Part shown: piece by piece, positions 20,146 through 29,662 of the stretch
Position numbering within the stretch: position 1 is the stretch's first letter
Layout: every line of letters begins with the position of its first letter
Origin: an uncultured Candidatus Saccharibacteria bacterium
Lineage (GTDB): Bacteria > Patescibacteriota > Minisyncoccia > Phycocordibacterales > SBAW01
Direction: 5' to 3'
NCBI GenBank assembly: GCA_964459335.1
Contig: CAYWJX010000001.1
Span: forward strand, 33,642 to 97,641
DNA: 64,000 bases
Notes under the pieces: generated by a model
Databases searched by the model: none
What the model was told of the DNA's origin: nothing
The model's input: only the letters and a program-made list of their open reading frames with translations
Program-made: the position numbers and the translations under genes

Positions 20146-21637
20146 CAGAAGCAGACATCGGAGACAAAACTAGGTCTTTCGCCTTGAAAACAGAGGATAT
20201 TTTGTTGGTTCCAAAAACTTTGCCATCAAACGTCATACCTAAGGGGAATTGGAACCATTGCAGCTTGGTTTGTGTTGCAATACTAGCTTTTTTCCATATT
20301 TTGCTTGGCGCTTGCAGATACTCTGACGTGAAGTCGATTGCCTCCTCCGGCGATATATCGATATTGTTCAAGAGTGCAAGGCTCGCGTGTGCGTCGGTAG
20401 TTTCTTTTTCTACAAGCGCGAGCTGTTGCTTTAGTACAGCATCGCTTAACACGCCCTGTATATTTTTCTTAACAAGAGCTGTTTGTTGCTCGGCGAGTTG
20501 CTCTATATGTTTCTGTAATCTCTCAGCTTCCTTTCGTGCATCCGCCGTAGCCTCATAAAACTCTTTCTTAACCAAACGCTTAAGCTTGGCAATATGTTCG
20601 TTCTCAAATGCGTAAGAGTCCATCTTAAAGGCAAACTGCCGCTCGAACTCATCCCGCTGGTAGTTGCTACCTTTGCCTCCAAAGCGATAGAAAGCATATT
20701 TGGTGCCGGAGCGCCCGCTCGACCAGCTCCCCGTCAATTTCAAGCCCTCAGGATTGAATATAAAACGGCGGAGGGGAAAGTCGGCATTATCCTTTTTGTA
20801 CTCGTTTACCTTGTATCCTTTGTTTTTGAGTACGCGCTGCACTTGTTCAAATAAAGTATCGGTTACTATCGCTTCAAACAATCCTCGATGACTCTCTCCA
20901 AACTTCTCTATAACACGCGTATAGAGCCTATTACGCAGCATCTCGCGGAAGTATTGGCTAGAGACAGGCCTGCCACCTTTTACTTTCAAACCATCTTTTA
21001 CCATCCTGCGCCAAACGTCCTCTGTGGTGTACAAGCCTGTGGCGATAAGCTGAAAACTCCTTAACACGAGCGGAGCCATTTCGTTAGGAGCGATAGTGGG
21101 CTTGCCGTTGAGTTGTGCTCCATTTGAGTAACCGACTGGGGCACCCCATACATAGCGTCCATCGCGTACCGCATCGCGCATACCGTTGGAGCAACGCTCG
21201 GCACGTACCTCGTTATCAAACTGCGCGATGCTTGCCATCGTATTTTCCATGAAGCGTCCTGCGGGATTGTTCTCAAAAAGCTCAGTGGTGGATTTAATTT
21301 CCACTCCGTAACGCTTTAACAAGATGCGGAGCTGGCTGTAGTCATCGGTGTTGCGGGAGAGACGGTCAATTTTGTATACGATAACTGCGGATATTTGATT
21401 TTTCTTTTGAGTACAATAACCGAGCATCTTTTGGAGCTGTGTACGGTCTGCGGTCTTAGCACTCTCGCCACGCTCGATGAATACCTCCACAACGTCAAAA
21501 CCATTTTTACTCGCATACTCGCGGCAAATCTTTTCCTGCGTGGCAAGAGAGTTACCCTCCTCGGCCTGCTCCATAGTGGAGACACGGACATAGACAACGG
21601 CTCGCTTATTATTTGGTTGGCTGTTTGATTGGTACAT
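20084..21637 (-). CDS. large serine recombinase (integrase)
   Basis: VYVRVSTMEQ, ESAKTADR, IDRLSRN catalytic domain, recombinase domain, coiled coil; C-terminus reads antisense through the tRNA. Confidence 0.95.
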   Translation of the reverse strand: MYQSNSQPNNKRAVVYVRVSTMEQAEEGNSLATQEKICREYASKNGFDVVEVFIERGESAKTADRTQLQKMLGYCTQKKNQISAVIVYKIDRLSRNTDDYSQLRILLKRYGVEIKSTTELFENNPAGRFMENTMASIAQFDNEVRAERCSNGMRDAVRDGRYVWGAPVGYSNGAQLNGKPTIAPNEMAPLVLRSFQLIATGLYTTEDVWRRMVKDGLKVKGGRPVSSQYFREMLRNRLYTRVIEKFGESHRGLFEAIVTDTLFEQVQRVLKNKGYKVNEYKKDNADFPLRRFIFNPEGLKLTGSWSSGRSGTKYAFYRFGGKGSNYQRDEFERQFAFKMDSYAFENEHIAKLKRLVKKEFYEATADARKEAERLQKHIEQLAEQQTALVKKNIQGVLSDAVLKQQLALVEKETTDAHASLALLNNIDISPEEAIDFTSEYLQAPSKIWKKASIATQTKLQWFQFPLGMTFDGKVFGTNKISSVFKAKDLVLSPMSASVDPTGIEPVTSSLQMRRSTK

Positions 21638-21779
21638 AATTTTTTTGTTCCAAATATGCCTCTACAATAATTTTTGCAAGATACGCCAAGGCATCATCCT
21701 CATTAGTAATTATACCCTCGGCCATAGATGTTGGAGGGTCATGTTTATTGTCTGGTTTATAAGGCTTGTCGGGTAACAT
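21609..21779 (-). CDS. small protein overlapping the recombinase start
   Basis: Manual ORF, 56 aa: MLPDKP...DDALAYLAKIIVEAYLEQK... Confidence 0.5.
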   Translation of the reverse strand: MLPDKPYKPDNKHDPPTSMAEGIITNEDDALAYLAKIIVEAYLEQKNYVPIKQPTK

Positions 21780-22295
21780 AAAGATAAAAAATTATGTACA
21801 CCCAAAGGAGTAGCTCCAATGGTCGACTCTCCAAAACATTTGAAGAGCCGACTTCTAGTGCCCTCGCAGTCAGGGCAGAAGAAATAAAAAAGCCCGACTG
21901 AATATCAGCTAGGTTTTTTGGTAAGCGCACAAAGTGTGCTCAAGCAAAATACCTAAGTTAATCTGAATCCAGCCGGGGGGACATCACATGCAAACTTCTT
22001 ACGTTGCTTTATAGTTCCAGGCTATAGCCCTTACCGCTTCAACACACCCTAAGGCCACAGACATATCCATGACGTTGTGACTTCCATGCACTAGGGTGGC
22101 TCCATCACGCTAAAGACCCGTTTATGTTTAACATCTAACTGCCATCAGTGTATTCCTACCAGACAGAGGGGTAAACTTTACACGGCAGCTCTAACCGTGT
22201 CGTGGTATCAACCCCTTTGCCGATGTCATGTAAATAGAATGAGGAGACATGGAAGCAGCTGGACAGCGCAGCGGCGGCGCAGTAGGATTTCCCCG

Positions 22296-22631
22296 ATGTC
22301 CGTAGATACCTATTCCTACTTCCTCATCATCCTGTCCGGCTTTTTTACCGTATGGGGGTACCGCAAAGCGAGCCAATGGATGCTCGTCTCAAACAAAAAG
22401 CCAAGCGACTTTGAATACCTCGCCTACAGCGCTTTCTGGGGCATCATACTTCTCGCGTTGTACGAGGAAATTGAGCGCCATCATCCCGACCAAATATCTA
22501 AGCTCCTTACCAACCCATATTCTGCAGGCGTGTTACTTTCCGTATTGGGCATGGTCGTGGGAATCTGCACATTCTTTACCCTCGTCATGCTAAAAACTTT
22601 CTTCAATAACTTTAGAGGCTCACGTTTTTAA
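22296..22631 (+). CDS. small membrane protein
   Basis: MSVDTYSYFLIILSGF..., three hydrophobic segments. Confidence 0.55.
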   Translation: MSVDTYSYFLIILSGFFTVWGYRKASQWMLVSNKKPSDFEYLAYSAFWGIILLALYEEIERHHPDQISKLLTNPYSAGVLLSVLGMVVGICTFFTLVMLKTFFNNFRGSRF

Positions 22632-23517
22632 AGCACCGAAATACCTCTCTCGACTGTAACTTGGCATCCAGCTCGTCGTTATACACCAGTAACATGTCGA
22701 GCGAGTGATGGCGTGTAAACTTTCGCGCATCCATCGGGTTAAGCCTCCGCAGTATAGTGGTCGCATAATAGTGTCTGCACCCGTGCACCACTTTTTTAAT
22801 GCCGAGCGGCTTCATAAGCCGGTGCATGTCTCTCTTTATAGTCATGGTGCTTAGCCGCGCCGCTTTGCGGTTGCTAAAGCTTCTGAACAGCACCCCCGAA
22901 GATATCCCCGCAGCTCGTAGATATTGTCGCAATGCTGTTACTGTCTGTGGTGCGAGGTATATAGGTTCTTTATCATCGCGGCCTTTGCCTTGTATGTATG
23001 CGATGCCAGTTGGCAGGCGCAAGTCTTCCACATCGAGCCTTGTAACTTCTATTTGCCGCAAGCCCTGCACGATTAGCAGAGCAAAAACGGCTCGAAGTCG
23101 GGCATTGTATGGTGTTGGCGGCAACTTCCGCATCATGCGTGCCATTGCCTGCACCTCCTCCTCGGTGAGCCCCTCCCTGCGGTGCAGTTTACTTTGTCGA
23201 AAGCCTTTGATGCCTGCGGATATGTCGGCGGGTATTGCTCCTATGCGGTATAGCTCGCGCACAAACACCTTCGCCACGGTAAAGTATTTATTTTTACTCG
23301 CGATAGATAGCCGTTCATCCCGCGCTAGCATCCGCTTGTACTCAACAACTGAGTTTCGATTAAAGCCGATCCGGCCGACAAAAGACACAAACAGCTCCAC
23401 CCGTTGCCGGTACTCTTTGCGCGTTCCCTCGCATACATCGAGCCCGTCAAATACCTCGGTAAGTTTGTCCGCAGCGTTTGGTTTTAAAAGTATCGCCAAC
23501 TGCGGAGTAGTGGTCAT
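22612..23517 (-). CDS. tyrosine recombinase (XerC/D-like)
   Basis: GLRQIE, GKG, HGCRH, RHHS, LVY catalytic residues. Confidence 0.9.
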   Translation of the reverse strand: MTTTPQLAILLKPNAADKLTEVFDGLDVCEGTRKEYRQRVELFVSFVGRIGFNRNSVVEYKRMLARDERLSIASKNKYFTVAKVFVRELYRIGAIPADISAGIKGFRQSKLHRREGLTEEEVQAMARMMRKLPPTPYNARLRAVFALLIVQGLRQIEVTRLDVEDLRLPTGIAYIQGKGRDDKEPIYLAPQTVTALRQYLRAAGISSGVLFRSFSNRKAARLSTMTIKRDMHRLMKPLGIKKVVHGCRHYYATTILRRLNPMDARKFTRHHSLDMLLVYNDELDAKLQSREVFRCFKNVSL

Positions 23518-23519
23518 GG

Positions 23520-23933
23520 CTAGTGTTCACCCTCTTCGTAAAGGATATGCCGCATCTCAACGCCATGCTGTGCAAAAGGCGGTTCCAACATTTTGCTTCG
23601 GTGGCATTTTGTCGGGTCGCTCTCACTGCATAGCACGCACATTTGCTCCCCGCGCTGTACCATGCGCACCAATTCTTTTATAGCCCCCTCGTAATCACGG
23701 TTAGCGCCTCGTCCACCGAGTCTGTCGCCATAGAAGGTGTATTGGATATGTGCCAGTGTAAGCGCCTCTTGTAAGGGCTTCTGAGAAAAATGCGGGTGTC
23801 TGTGACTGAAGGGATAGGAACGTACGTCTATAACATGCTCGACGCCGTTGTCGCGGAGCTTGTCTAAAAAAGTGGAGAGAGAATGATTACCGTGCCCAAG
23901 AGATTTAAGAAATAACTGACGTTGTTTTTGCAT
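23520..23933 (-). CDS. DUF488 family protein
   Basis: SLGHGN, IDVRSYP.S, LGGR, CSE.DP.KCHR. Confidence 0.85.
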   Translation of the reverse strand: MQKQRQLFLKSLGHGNHSLSTFLDKLRDNGVEHVIDVRSYPFSHRHPHFSQKPLQEALTLAHIQYTFYGDRLGGRGANRDYEGAIKELVRMVQRGEQMCVLCSESDPTKCHRSKMLEPPFAQHGVEMRHILYEEGEH

Positions 23934-24041
23934 ACTTTAATCCTAAGAGACACCAGACCAAATGCAATCAAGCGACTAAGTTTAGCCACTTTTAAAGCGT
24001 AAAGGTTTTCCAGTCTCTGTGGACAACTTTTCCCCATTAGG

Positions 24042-24215
24042 TTACTCGGACTTTGTTTCCCAACACGTGATTGCGATAAGCATGGCACTGAGGAGCCAAA
24101 ACACAGTTGCGGATACGTTCCCAAATATCGCCGTTATGGCACCTATAACCCAAAAAATACCAATGATGTTGCCCTGTGCGGTTGTGTAATGGTTTTTTAA
24201 CTTATTTTTCCCCAT
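24042..24215 (-). CDS. small two-TM protein
   Basis: ATG 3 nt after the stop of the upstream gene; two hydrophobic segments. Confidence 0.5.
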   Translation of the reverse strand: MGKNKLKNHYTTAQGNIIGIFWVIGAITAIFGNVSATVFWLLSAMLIAITCWETKSE

Positions 24216-24217
24216 AA

Positions 24218-24397
24218 CTATTTTTTTACCGCCCACACTAAGGCAACTACCCACCCTATAAGGGTCCAACCCAAAAAGAAGTTCAACACAGCTATTGCAA
24301 CCCTATTCTCTTTTTCGTAAGTAAAAGCAATAATACTCGGAAGCCAATACACACCTCCTACTACTAGTACAAGAAGCGCTACCAATATTCCAGCCAT
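24218..24397 (-). CDS. superinfection immunity protein (T4 Imm-like family)
   Basis: Manual ORF, 59 aa: YWLPSIIA...NRVAIAVLNFFLGWTLIGWVVALVWA matches the Imm_superinfect signature. Confidence 0.85.
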   Translation of the reverse strand: MAGILVALLVLVVGGVYWLPSIIAFTYEKENRVAIAVLNFFLGWTLIGWVVALVWAVKK

Positions 24398-24800
24398 AGA
24401 TTAATACATTTAGCTATTAATCCTAGTGATGAACACAAAGCCCGCCACCAGGAGGCCTTGCGGCCCTATACAAGTTTCCCTGTATAACGTAAGTCACGCC
24501 CTGATAACGGGTTTTCTGTGACTTACGATTTTCGCCCTTACCCTAGCACTGCTAGGGGTTAGGACCTTACTCCTATTAAGTTTTTACATCTGTAATCATA
24601 CCAAACCAACCGCAAGCGTCTATAGGCATTGTTAGAAAGGCTCTATCCCGCGCTAGCTCCCTCTAAGCCTACACAGCTGTTGCTGTGTGGAGTAAGTATA
24701 CTTTTTATAGAATACACTTCTAAATGCTTAAAATGGGAGGCAATACGGTCAAACCTCTTCCGATGGATAAAAATTTCGAACGAGCGTATCATTCTTGCTA

Positions 24801-27416
24801 ATGGATGACATCTATCAGCAAATAGTCAAATGGTCATCTGATAGACCCCTTTGGCTGCGTGATGCTCTGCGTCGCCTTGTTCTCAATGGTTCTTTGGAAC
24901 AAAGGGACTATAACGAACTGGCGGATATCTGCAAAACACAGCGTGGAATTGATGTTGGTCATCCTGTTCCCAAACCACTACCTTTGACCGCCGAACATGT
25001 TCCAAACGCTACAAGCTTGGGTGGCTCTATTGCACTCACGGAGTTGCATAATTTTCGAGGTATAAACCGTATCTCACAAGAAGCTAAACTTAGCCTTGAA
25101 CCTGTTGGACTCAATGTCGTATATGGCGAGAATGGAGCTGGCAAGTCGGGATATACTCGTGTGCTTAAAAAAATCTGTCGTGCACGTGGTAACAACGATG
25201 AAGAAATATACCAAGATATATTTTCCGAGGATGAGGAAGAGCAAGGTGCAGAGGTCAATTTTACTGAAGGCGGTCAAGTAAGAACATTTAAATGGGAGCC
25301 TGATGCGCTAGTTCCTCAAGAGCTCTCAGCTATAAGTGTTTTCGACAGCGAGTGCGCACTTGTGCATGTAGATGGAAGCAACGAACTTGCATACCAACCA
25401 TTTGGTTTGGACTTGATGACACGAGTAGCAGAAGTTGCCACTACACTCAGCGCCCGCTTTAGAGCCGACTATGCAGTCTCTAAAAAAGCCGCGGACAATT
25501 TTAGTGACTTTCTGGCAGGCACTCAAACCTACGGCAAATTGAATAATCTACACGCAGGCTTGAGCGAAACCACTCTTAAAGAGCTGTTTGAGTTTACCGG
25601 TGCAGAAAAAAAGGAGTTAACAGCTGTAGCCAAGCAATTATCTGACTTTAAAACAAACGACCCTGGTAAAAAAATCCTTGAACTGAGTGGCCAAATAAGG
25701 CGGCTAGAAGAGCTCAACACTCATCTCGACACTTTGGTTCGTACTTATTCAAAACCAGCACTAGACCGAATCGTAGTGCTCAGAGAAAAGCTTTTCGCCG
25801 CAAAAGAAACCGTAGCCCTAAGCAGAAAGAGCTTCGAGGACGCTTCAGTACAAGGTGTCGGAGGAGACGCCTGGATGCAGTTATGGGAATCAGCTCGTCG
25901 CTACTTTGAGCATGAAGCGTACCCAACTAAAACTTTTCCTGTAGACCGAGGTGTTCGGTGTGTTCTCTGCCAACAGGAACTTTCCACCGAGGCTAAAGAC
26001 AGGCTTCGTCACTTCGAGGGGTTTGTACAGGCGGAAGCCCAGCAAGCGTATGATGTAGCTCAAGAAGCGCTTGTAGAAGCGCAGGAAGCGTTGGAAGGGA
26101 TAGAAATGCTGCCCGCGCACATAAAACCTACACTTCAAGAAGATATCCCTGCTCTGCATAAACAACTTAGTGGCGAGATAACAGAGATTCTAAAAGGCAT
26201 AAAAATACTTCAAACATCGGTACCGTATCTTGCGGCAGAAAGGTGCAGTGCTTTGGAACTTAAGGTAACAAACACGGTTACGCTCACTATAAAGAAGTTG
26301 GTGACCGCGCTGGAGAAGGAGCGTAATACTTATATAAAATTGCAAAATGACAGTACTGCTGTAATACGGCCATTAGAACACCAAGCGAATGAGCTACAAG
26401 CAGCCCAACAAGCCGCTCGCTCCTTTGAACGTATAAGGAAGGAAATATCTCGCCAAAAGCTTGAGAACAAACTTGAGTCTTGCATTGCCGACACTGATAC
26501 TACAGGTATAACACGCAAAGCAGATGCTTTGAGCAAAGTAATAACCAAAGACTTATGCCAACGGTTTTCTGCAGAGGCAAAAGGGCTGGATGTTGGAAAT
26601 AAGATAGACATTAGTCTTGAAGTGTCAGAGGCGAAGAAGGGAGCCTCATACCACCAGATTGTCCTTTCCTCCTCCACCCAAGATGTTCCCGTGAGCAAGA
26701 TATTAAGCGAGGGAGAGAATCGTGCAATAGCGCTTGCATCTTTTTTAACAGAGGTAGCGCTGGCTCCTTTTCCATCAGCCATTGTGTTGGATGACCCAGT
26801 TTCTTCTCTTGACCACAAGCGGCGAGAAAGAATTGCTCGCCGACTAGTTGAGGAGGCAACCAAACGCCAAGTTATTGTTTTCACGCACGACTTGCGCTTT
26901 GTGTTTGACCTCCAAAACGCTACTGATACAGTTGGAGGTTCAGTAAACTTTCAGACTGCTTATGCCACCAACAGCGATACTGGTCGTATTGATGAGGGAT
27001 TGCCTTGGGAAGGTATGACTGCAGAAGCTCGCTTGAAGACGTTGCGGGGTCATTTACAACGAGCTGGAGCCTTGTATAAAGCTGACGAGATTAGAGAGTA
27101 TAAACGAGATGTAAAGCAAATATATCGCGACCTGAGGGAAACATGGGAACGAGCTGTCGAGCTTAATCTTCTAGGAGGCGTAGTAACTCGCTTTAATGCT
27201 GATATTCGTACGAAAAAGAAAGGACTTATGCCGTTAGTAGATATATCAGCAGAAGATTGTGAGATAGTTGATGCAGCGGTAACTCGTTGCAGCAACTTTG
27301 CACACGATGCAGCCTTTGAAGGTGTTCCATCTATACCACCGCCCGATGAGGTTAGCCAAGACATAGAGCAACTTTGGTCGTGGATTTCTGAAATTAAGAC
27401 TCGGCGTGCGCATTAA
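24801..27416 (+). CDS. SMC/Rad50-like ABC ATPase with zinc hook and HEPN-like tail (RloC-like)
   Basis: GENGAGKS Walker A, CVLCQQ hook, LSEGE signature, IVLDDP Walker B, FTH, C-terminal RETWE...RCSNFAH. Confidence 0.8.
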   Translation: MDDIYQQIVKWSSDRPLWLRDALRRLVLNGSLEQRDYNELADICKTQRGIDVGHPVPKPLPLTAEHVPNATSLGGSIALTELHNFRGINRISQEAKLSLEPVGLNVVYGENGAGKSGYTRVLKKICRARGNNDEEIYQDIFSEDEEEQGAEVNFTEGGQVRTFKWEPDALVPQELSAISVFDSECALVHVDGSNELAYQPFGLDLMTRVAEVATTLSARFRADYAVSKKAADNFSDFLAGTQTYGKLNNLHAGLSETTLKELFEFTGAEKKELTAVAKQLSDFKTNDPGKKILELSGQIRRLEELNTHLDTLVRTYSKPALDRIVVLREKLFAAKETVALSRKSFEDASVQGVGGDAWMQLWESARRYFEHEAYPTKTFPVDRGVRCVLCQQELSTEAKDRLRHFEGFVQAEAQQAYDVAQEALVEAQEALEGIEMLPAHIKPTLQEDIPALHKQLSGEITEILKGIKILQTSVPYLAAERCSALELKVTNTVTLTIKKLVTALEKERNTYIKLQNDSTAVIRPLEHQANELQAAQQAARSFERIRKEISRQKLENKLESCIADTDTTGITRKADALSKVITKDLCQRFSAEAKGLDVGNKIDISLEVSEAKKGASYHQIVLSSSTQDVPVSKILSEGENRAIALASFLTEVALAPFPSAIVLDDPVSSLDHKRRERIARRLVEEATKRQVIVFTHDLRFVFDLQNATDTVGGSVNFQTAYATNSDTGRIDEGLPWEGMTAEARLKTLRGHLQRAGALYKADEIREYKRDVKQIYRDLRETWERAVELNLLGGVVTRFNADIRTKKKGLMPLVDISAEDCEIVDAAVTRCSNFAHDAAFEGVPSIPPPDEVSQDIEQLWSWISEIKTRRAH

Positions 27417-27450
27417 TTAATGGAAATGATTGAGGTTAAAATATAAATCT

Positions 27451-27855
27451 ATGCACCGATACCTTGCCTATGGCTCAAATATGAGCGCAGAACAAATGGC
27501 TAAAATAGACCGCGCACCCGATTCGCACAAGTTAGGTGTGGCGGAACTCCCAAACTATGAGTTTTTTATAAACGCCCGGGGCGTCGCTTCCATCCGAGAA
27601 AAACAAGGCAAAATAGTATGGGGAATACTGTATGAGCTTTCGGAAATGGACGAAGCAAGGTTGGATAAAAAAGAGGGTATCCCTAGATTTTATGTAAAGA
27701 AAAACCTACCAACTCTCAACGCTTTTTCTTATATTGCCCAACCAGCCGACGACGGCAGGCCGCGAGAGGGATATTTGGAGAGAATAATAAAAGCTGCACA
27801 GGACAATGCATTTCCGGTTGAGTACGTTGAGGAGTTAAAGGAATGGAGTGATTAA
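27451..27855 (+). CDS. gamma-glutamylcyclotransferase (AIG2-like) family protein
   Basis: YLAYGSNM, VWGILY, LDKKEG motifs. Confidence 0.85.
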   Translation: MHRYLAYGSNMSAEQMAKIDRAPDSHKLGVAELPNYEFFINARGVASIREKQGKIVWGILYELSEMDEARLDKKEGIPRFYVKKNLPTLNAFSYIAQPADDGRPREGYLERIIKAAQDNAFPVEYVEELKEWSD

Positions 27856-27880
27856 TGCCTTGTAATGGGAATGAGGTAAC

Positions 27881-28012
27881 ATGGAACCTATGGCCGACCA
27901 TCCCGAGGACACTCCACTTGATGAGGAGGATATAGCCCAACTTGCCCAAATCTTTGACCTACTAGCGCAATGGGACTGGGAGCAAAAAGAGCGCGAAAGA
28001 GGGCCCCATTGA
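27881..28012 (+). CDS. small acidic protein
   Basis: Manual ORF, 43 aa, with GAGG RBS. Confidence 0.35.
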   Translation: MEPMADHPEDTPLDEEDIAQLAQIFDLLAQWDWEQKERERGPH

Positions 28013-28313
28013 CCTACGGTTGCATTATATGTTTTTAGCCACATTTTGGTTGCGGTGTCCTGTTTTATTTTTTGACGCCCTTATCAATACCTTCGACCAA
28101 CTTTTCTGCGGCGTGCTCAATGTAACCTCCTACACTTAGACCCATCTTTTCTCCTTTCTTAAGACTGTTGTTCTAACTCTCTACTGTAGTTACCCTCCGC
28201 CGATAAAACTGGGCTCTATAAGACCACCATGTTCACTCTTAAGTATGTCTGCTAGTTGATTGCACTCTAGCGCAAAGTGGTTCCAAAATGCTACGCTGGA
28301 GTCCACCATAGTT

Positions 28314-28661
28314 TTACGCAGTTGTGCCAATGGCGTCGATTTTGGCTGCAAGGATGAAGTCATTCATTGAGAGGCCTTTTGTTGCGTGTGTTGAAAGATC
28401 AACTTTTACTTTCCCATAACTCACTGCAAGGTCGGGATGGTGACCCTCCTCTTCAGCAATTGCCGCGATTTTATTTACAAACACCATTGTCGCTTTAAAG
28501 TCGGGGAAGATATAATTCTTACTGATTGAGAGCGCGTCGTTTGCAAGCGTCCAGCCTTGGAGCCTCTCCAGCAACGCTTTTGCATCGGCAGGCACGATAG
28601 GCGCCGTGCCGCCTTCGCATGGGATGCACTTTTGCTCGGTAAGTGGTTTTTCAATTTCCAT
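28314..28661 (-). CDS. phhB: pterin-4-alpha-carbinolamine dehydratase
   Basis: CIPCEGG, EGHHPD, STH..GLS.NDFILAAKID. Confidence 0.92.
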   Translation of the reverse strand: MEIEKPLTEQKCIPCEGGTAPIVPADAKALLERLQGWTLANDALSISKNYIFPDFKATMVFVNKIAAIAEEEGHHPDLAVSYGKVKVDLSTHATKGLSMNDFILAAKIDAIGTTA

Positions 28662-28665
28662 ATTT

Positions 28666-29655
28666 TTATTCTGTCTCTACTTTCGGTTTGAGCGCGAGCG
28701 TTATCACATGGTCGACAAACTGCGAGAGCGTTGCGCCACCTGCTTTAAGCGCTTTGGGCAGGAGCGACTCGCCGGTAAGCCCCACAGCCGGCGCGCTGTT
28801 GATTTCCAAAAAATAAATCCCGCGTTTGCCGACAATAAAGTCGGAGCGCGAGTAGTGCAAGAGGCCTAAGCTTTCGTGCACCGCTTTGGCAATGGCAATG
28901 AGTTGGTCTTTTTCGTCGCGGCTAAAGTTGCCCGGCACGCGCTCGATTGTCTCGCCGCCGTATTTTGCATCATACGAAAAAAAACCATGGCCTTTGGGCG
29001 GCACTATCTCAACCGGCATCAATGCATAAAATTTTTCGTTTCTAAAATTGTCGATGACACCCACGGTTGCCTCTTTGCCGAGGATATATTCCTCAATAAG
29101 TATTTGTGGCCCCACAGCACTCGCGCGCTCGAGCCCGCGCAGGAGTGCCTCAAAGCTGTTAGCGATGGTGACGCCCACCGACGAGCCGGCGGCAACTGGC
29201 TTAACCACCGCCGGATGTGGAAACGAGCGGAAGATGTTTTGCGCTGTTTTATCGAAGTCGGATATTTTTGAAGCGTCAACAACAATACCGTGCGCAACTT
29301 TAACGCCAAGCCTTGCAACAGCCTCTTTGGTGCGTTGCTTATCAAATGAAAGCTTTGACACCGCGGCGCTCGAGCCCGTGTACGGGATATTAAACGCGTC
29401 GAGTATCTCGTGCAGGCGGCCATCCTCGCCATACTCGCCGTGTATGACGTTAAACACCACGTCGGCTTCGCGCAGTGCCCTCTCGGGCAACACCGGTACG
29501 CCGTGCAAGTGCCATTGCCCGTCGCGCGAGACAAATAAGTCGAGCGGCTCGTATTTTTCTTGGTCGAGCGCCGCAAGCACACTCGCGCCGCTTTTAAGCG
29601 ACACCTCATACTCGCTCGAGGGCCCGCCGCGTAACACTCCTACTACGGTGCGCAT
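28666..29655 (-). CDS. ddl: D-alanine--D-alanine ligase
   Basis: GGPSSEYEVSL, HGEYGEDG, GSSVG, YDAKY, LEINS; start at MRTVVG. Confidence 0.93.
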   Translation of the reverse strand: MRTVVGVLRGGPSSEYEVSLKSGASVLAALDQEKYEPLDLFVSRDGQWHLHGVPVLPERALREADVVFNVIHGEYGEDGRLHEILDAFNIPYTGSSAAVSKLSFDKQRTKEAVARLGVKVAHGIVVDASKISDFDKTAQNIFRSFPHPAVVKPVAAGSSVGVTIANSFEALLRGLERASAVGPQILIEEYILGKEATVGVIDNFRNEKFYALMPVEIVPPKGHGFFSYDAKYGGETIERVPGNFSRDEKDQLIAIAKAVHESLGLLHYSRSDFIVGKRGIYFLEINSAPAVGLTGESLLPKALKAGGATLSQFVDHVITLALKPKVETE

Positions 29656-29662
29656 ATGCGTA

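Larger units (their letters stand above)
20141..28306. mobile_element. integrative island at the tRNA-Ala(TGC) 3' end, GTCCAC core at both ends
   Basis: Serine recombinase abuts the tRNA; GTCCAC at 20141-20146 and 28301-28306; joining the ends restores tRNA ...GTCCACCA; cargo is accessory-type. Confidence 0.85.

Noticed and set aside
20141-28306. Prophage
   Set aside because: No capsid, terminase, tail or replication genes recognisable.
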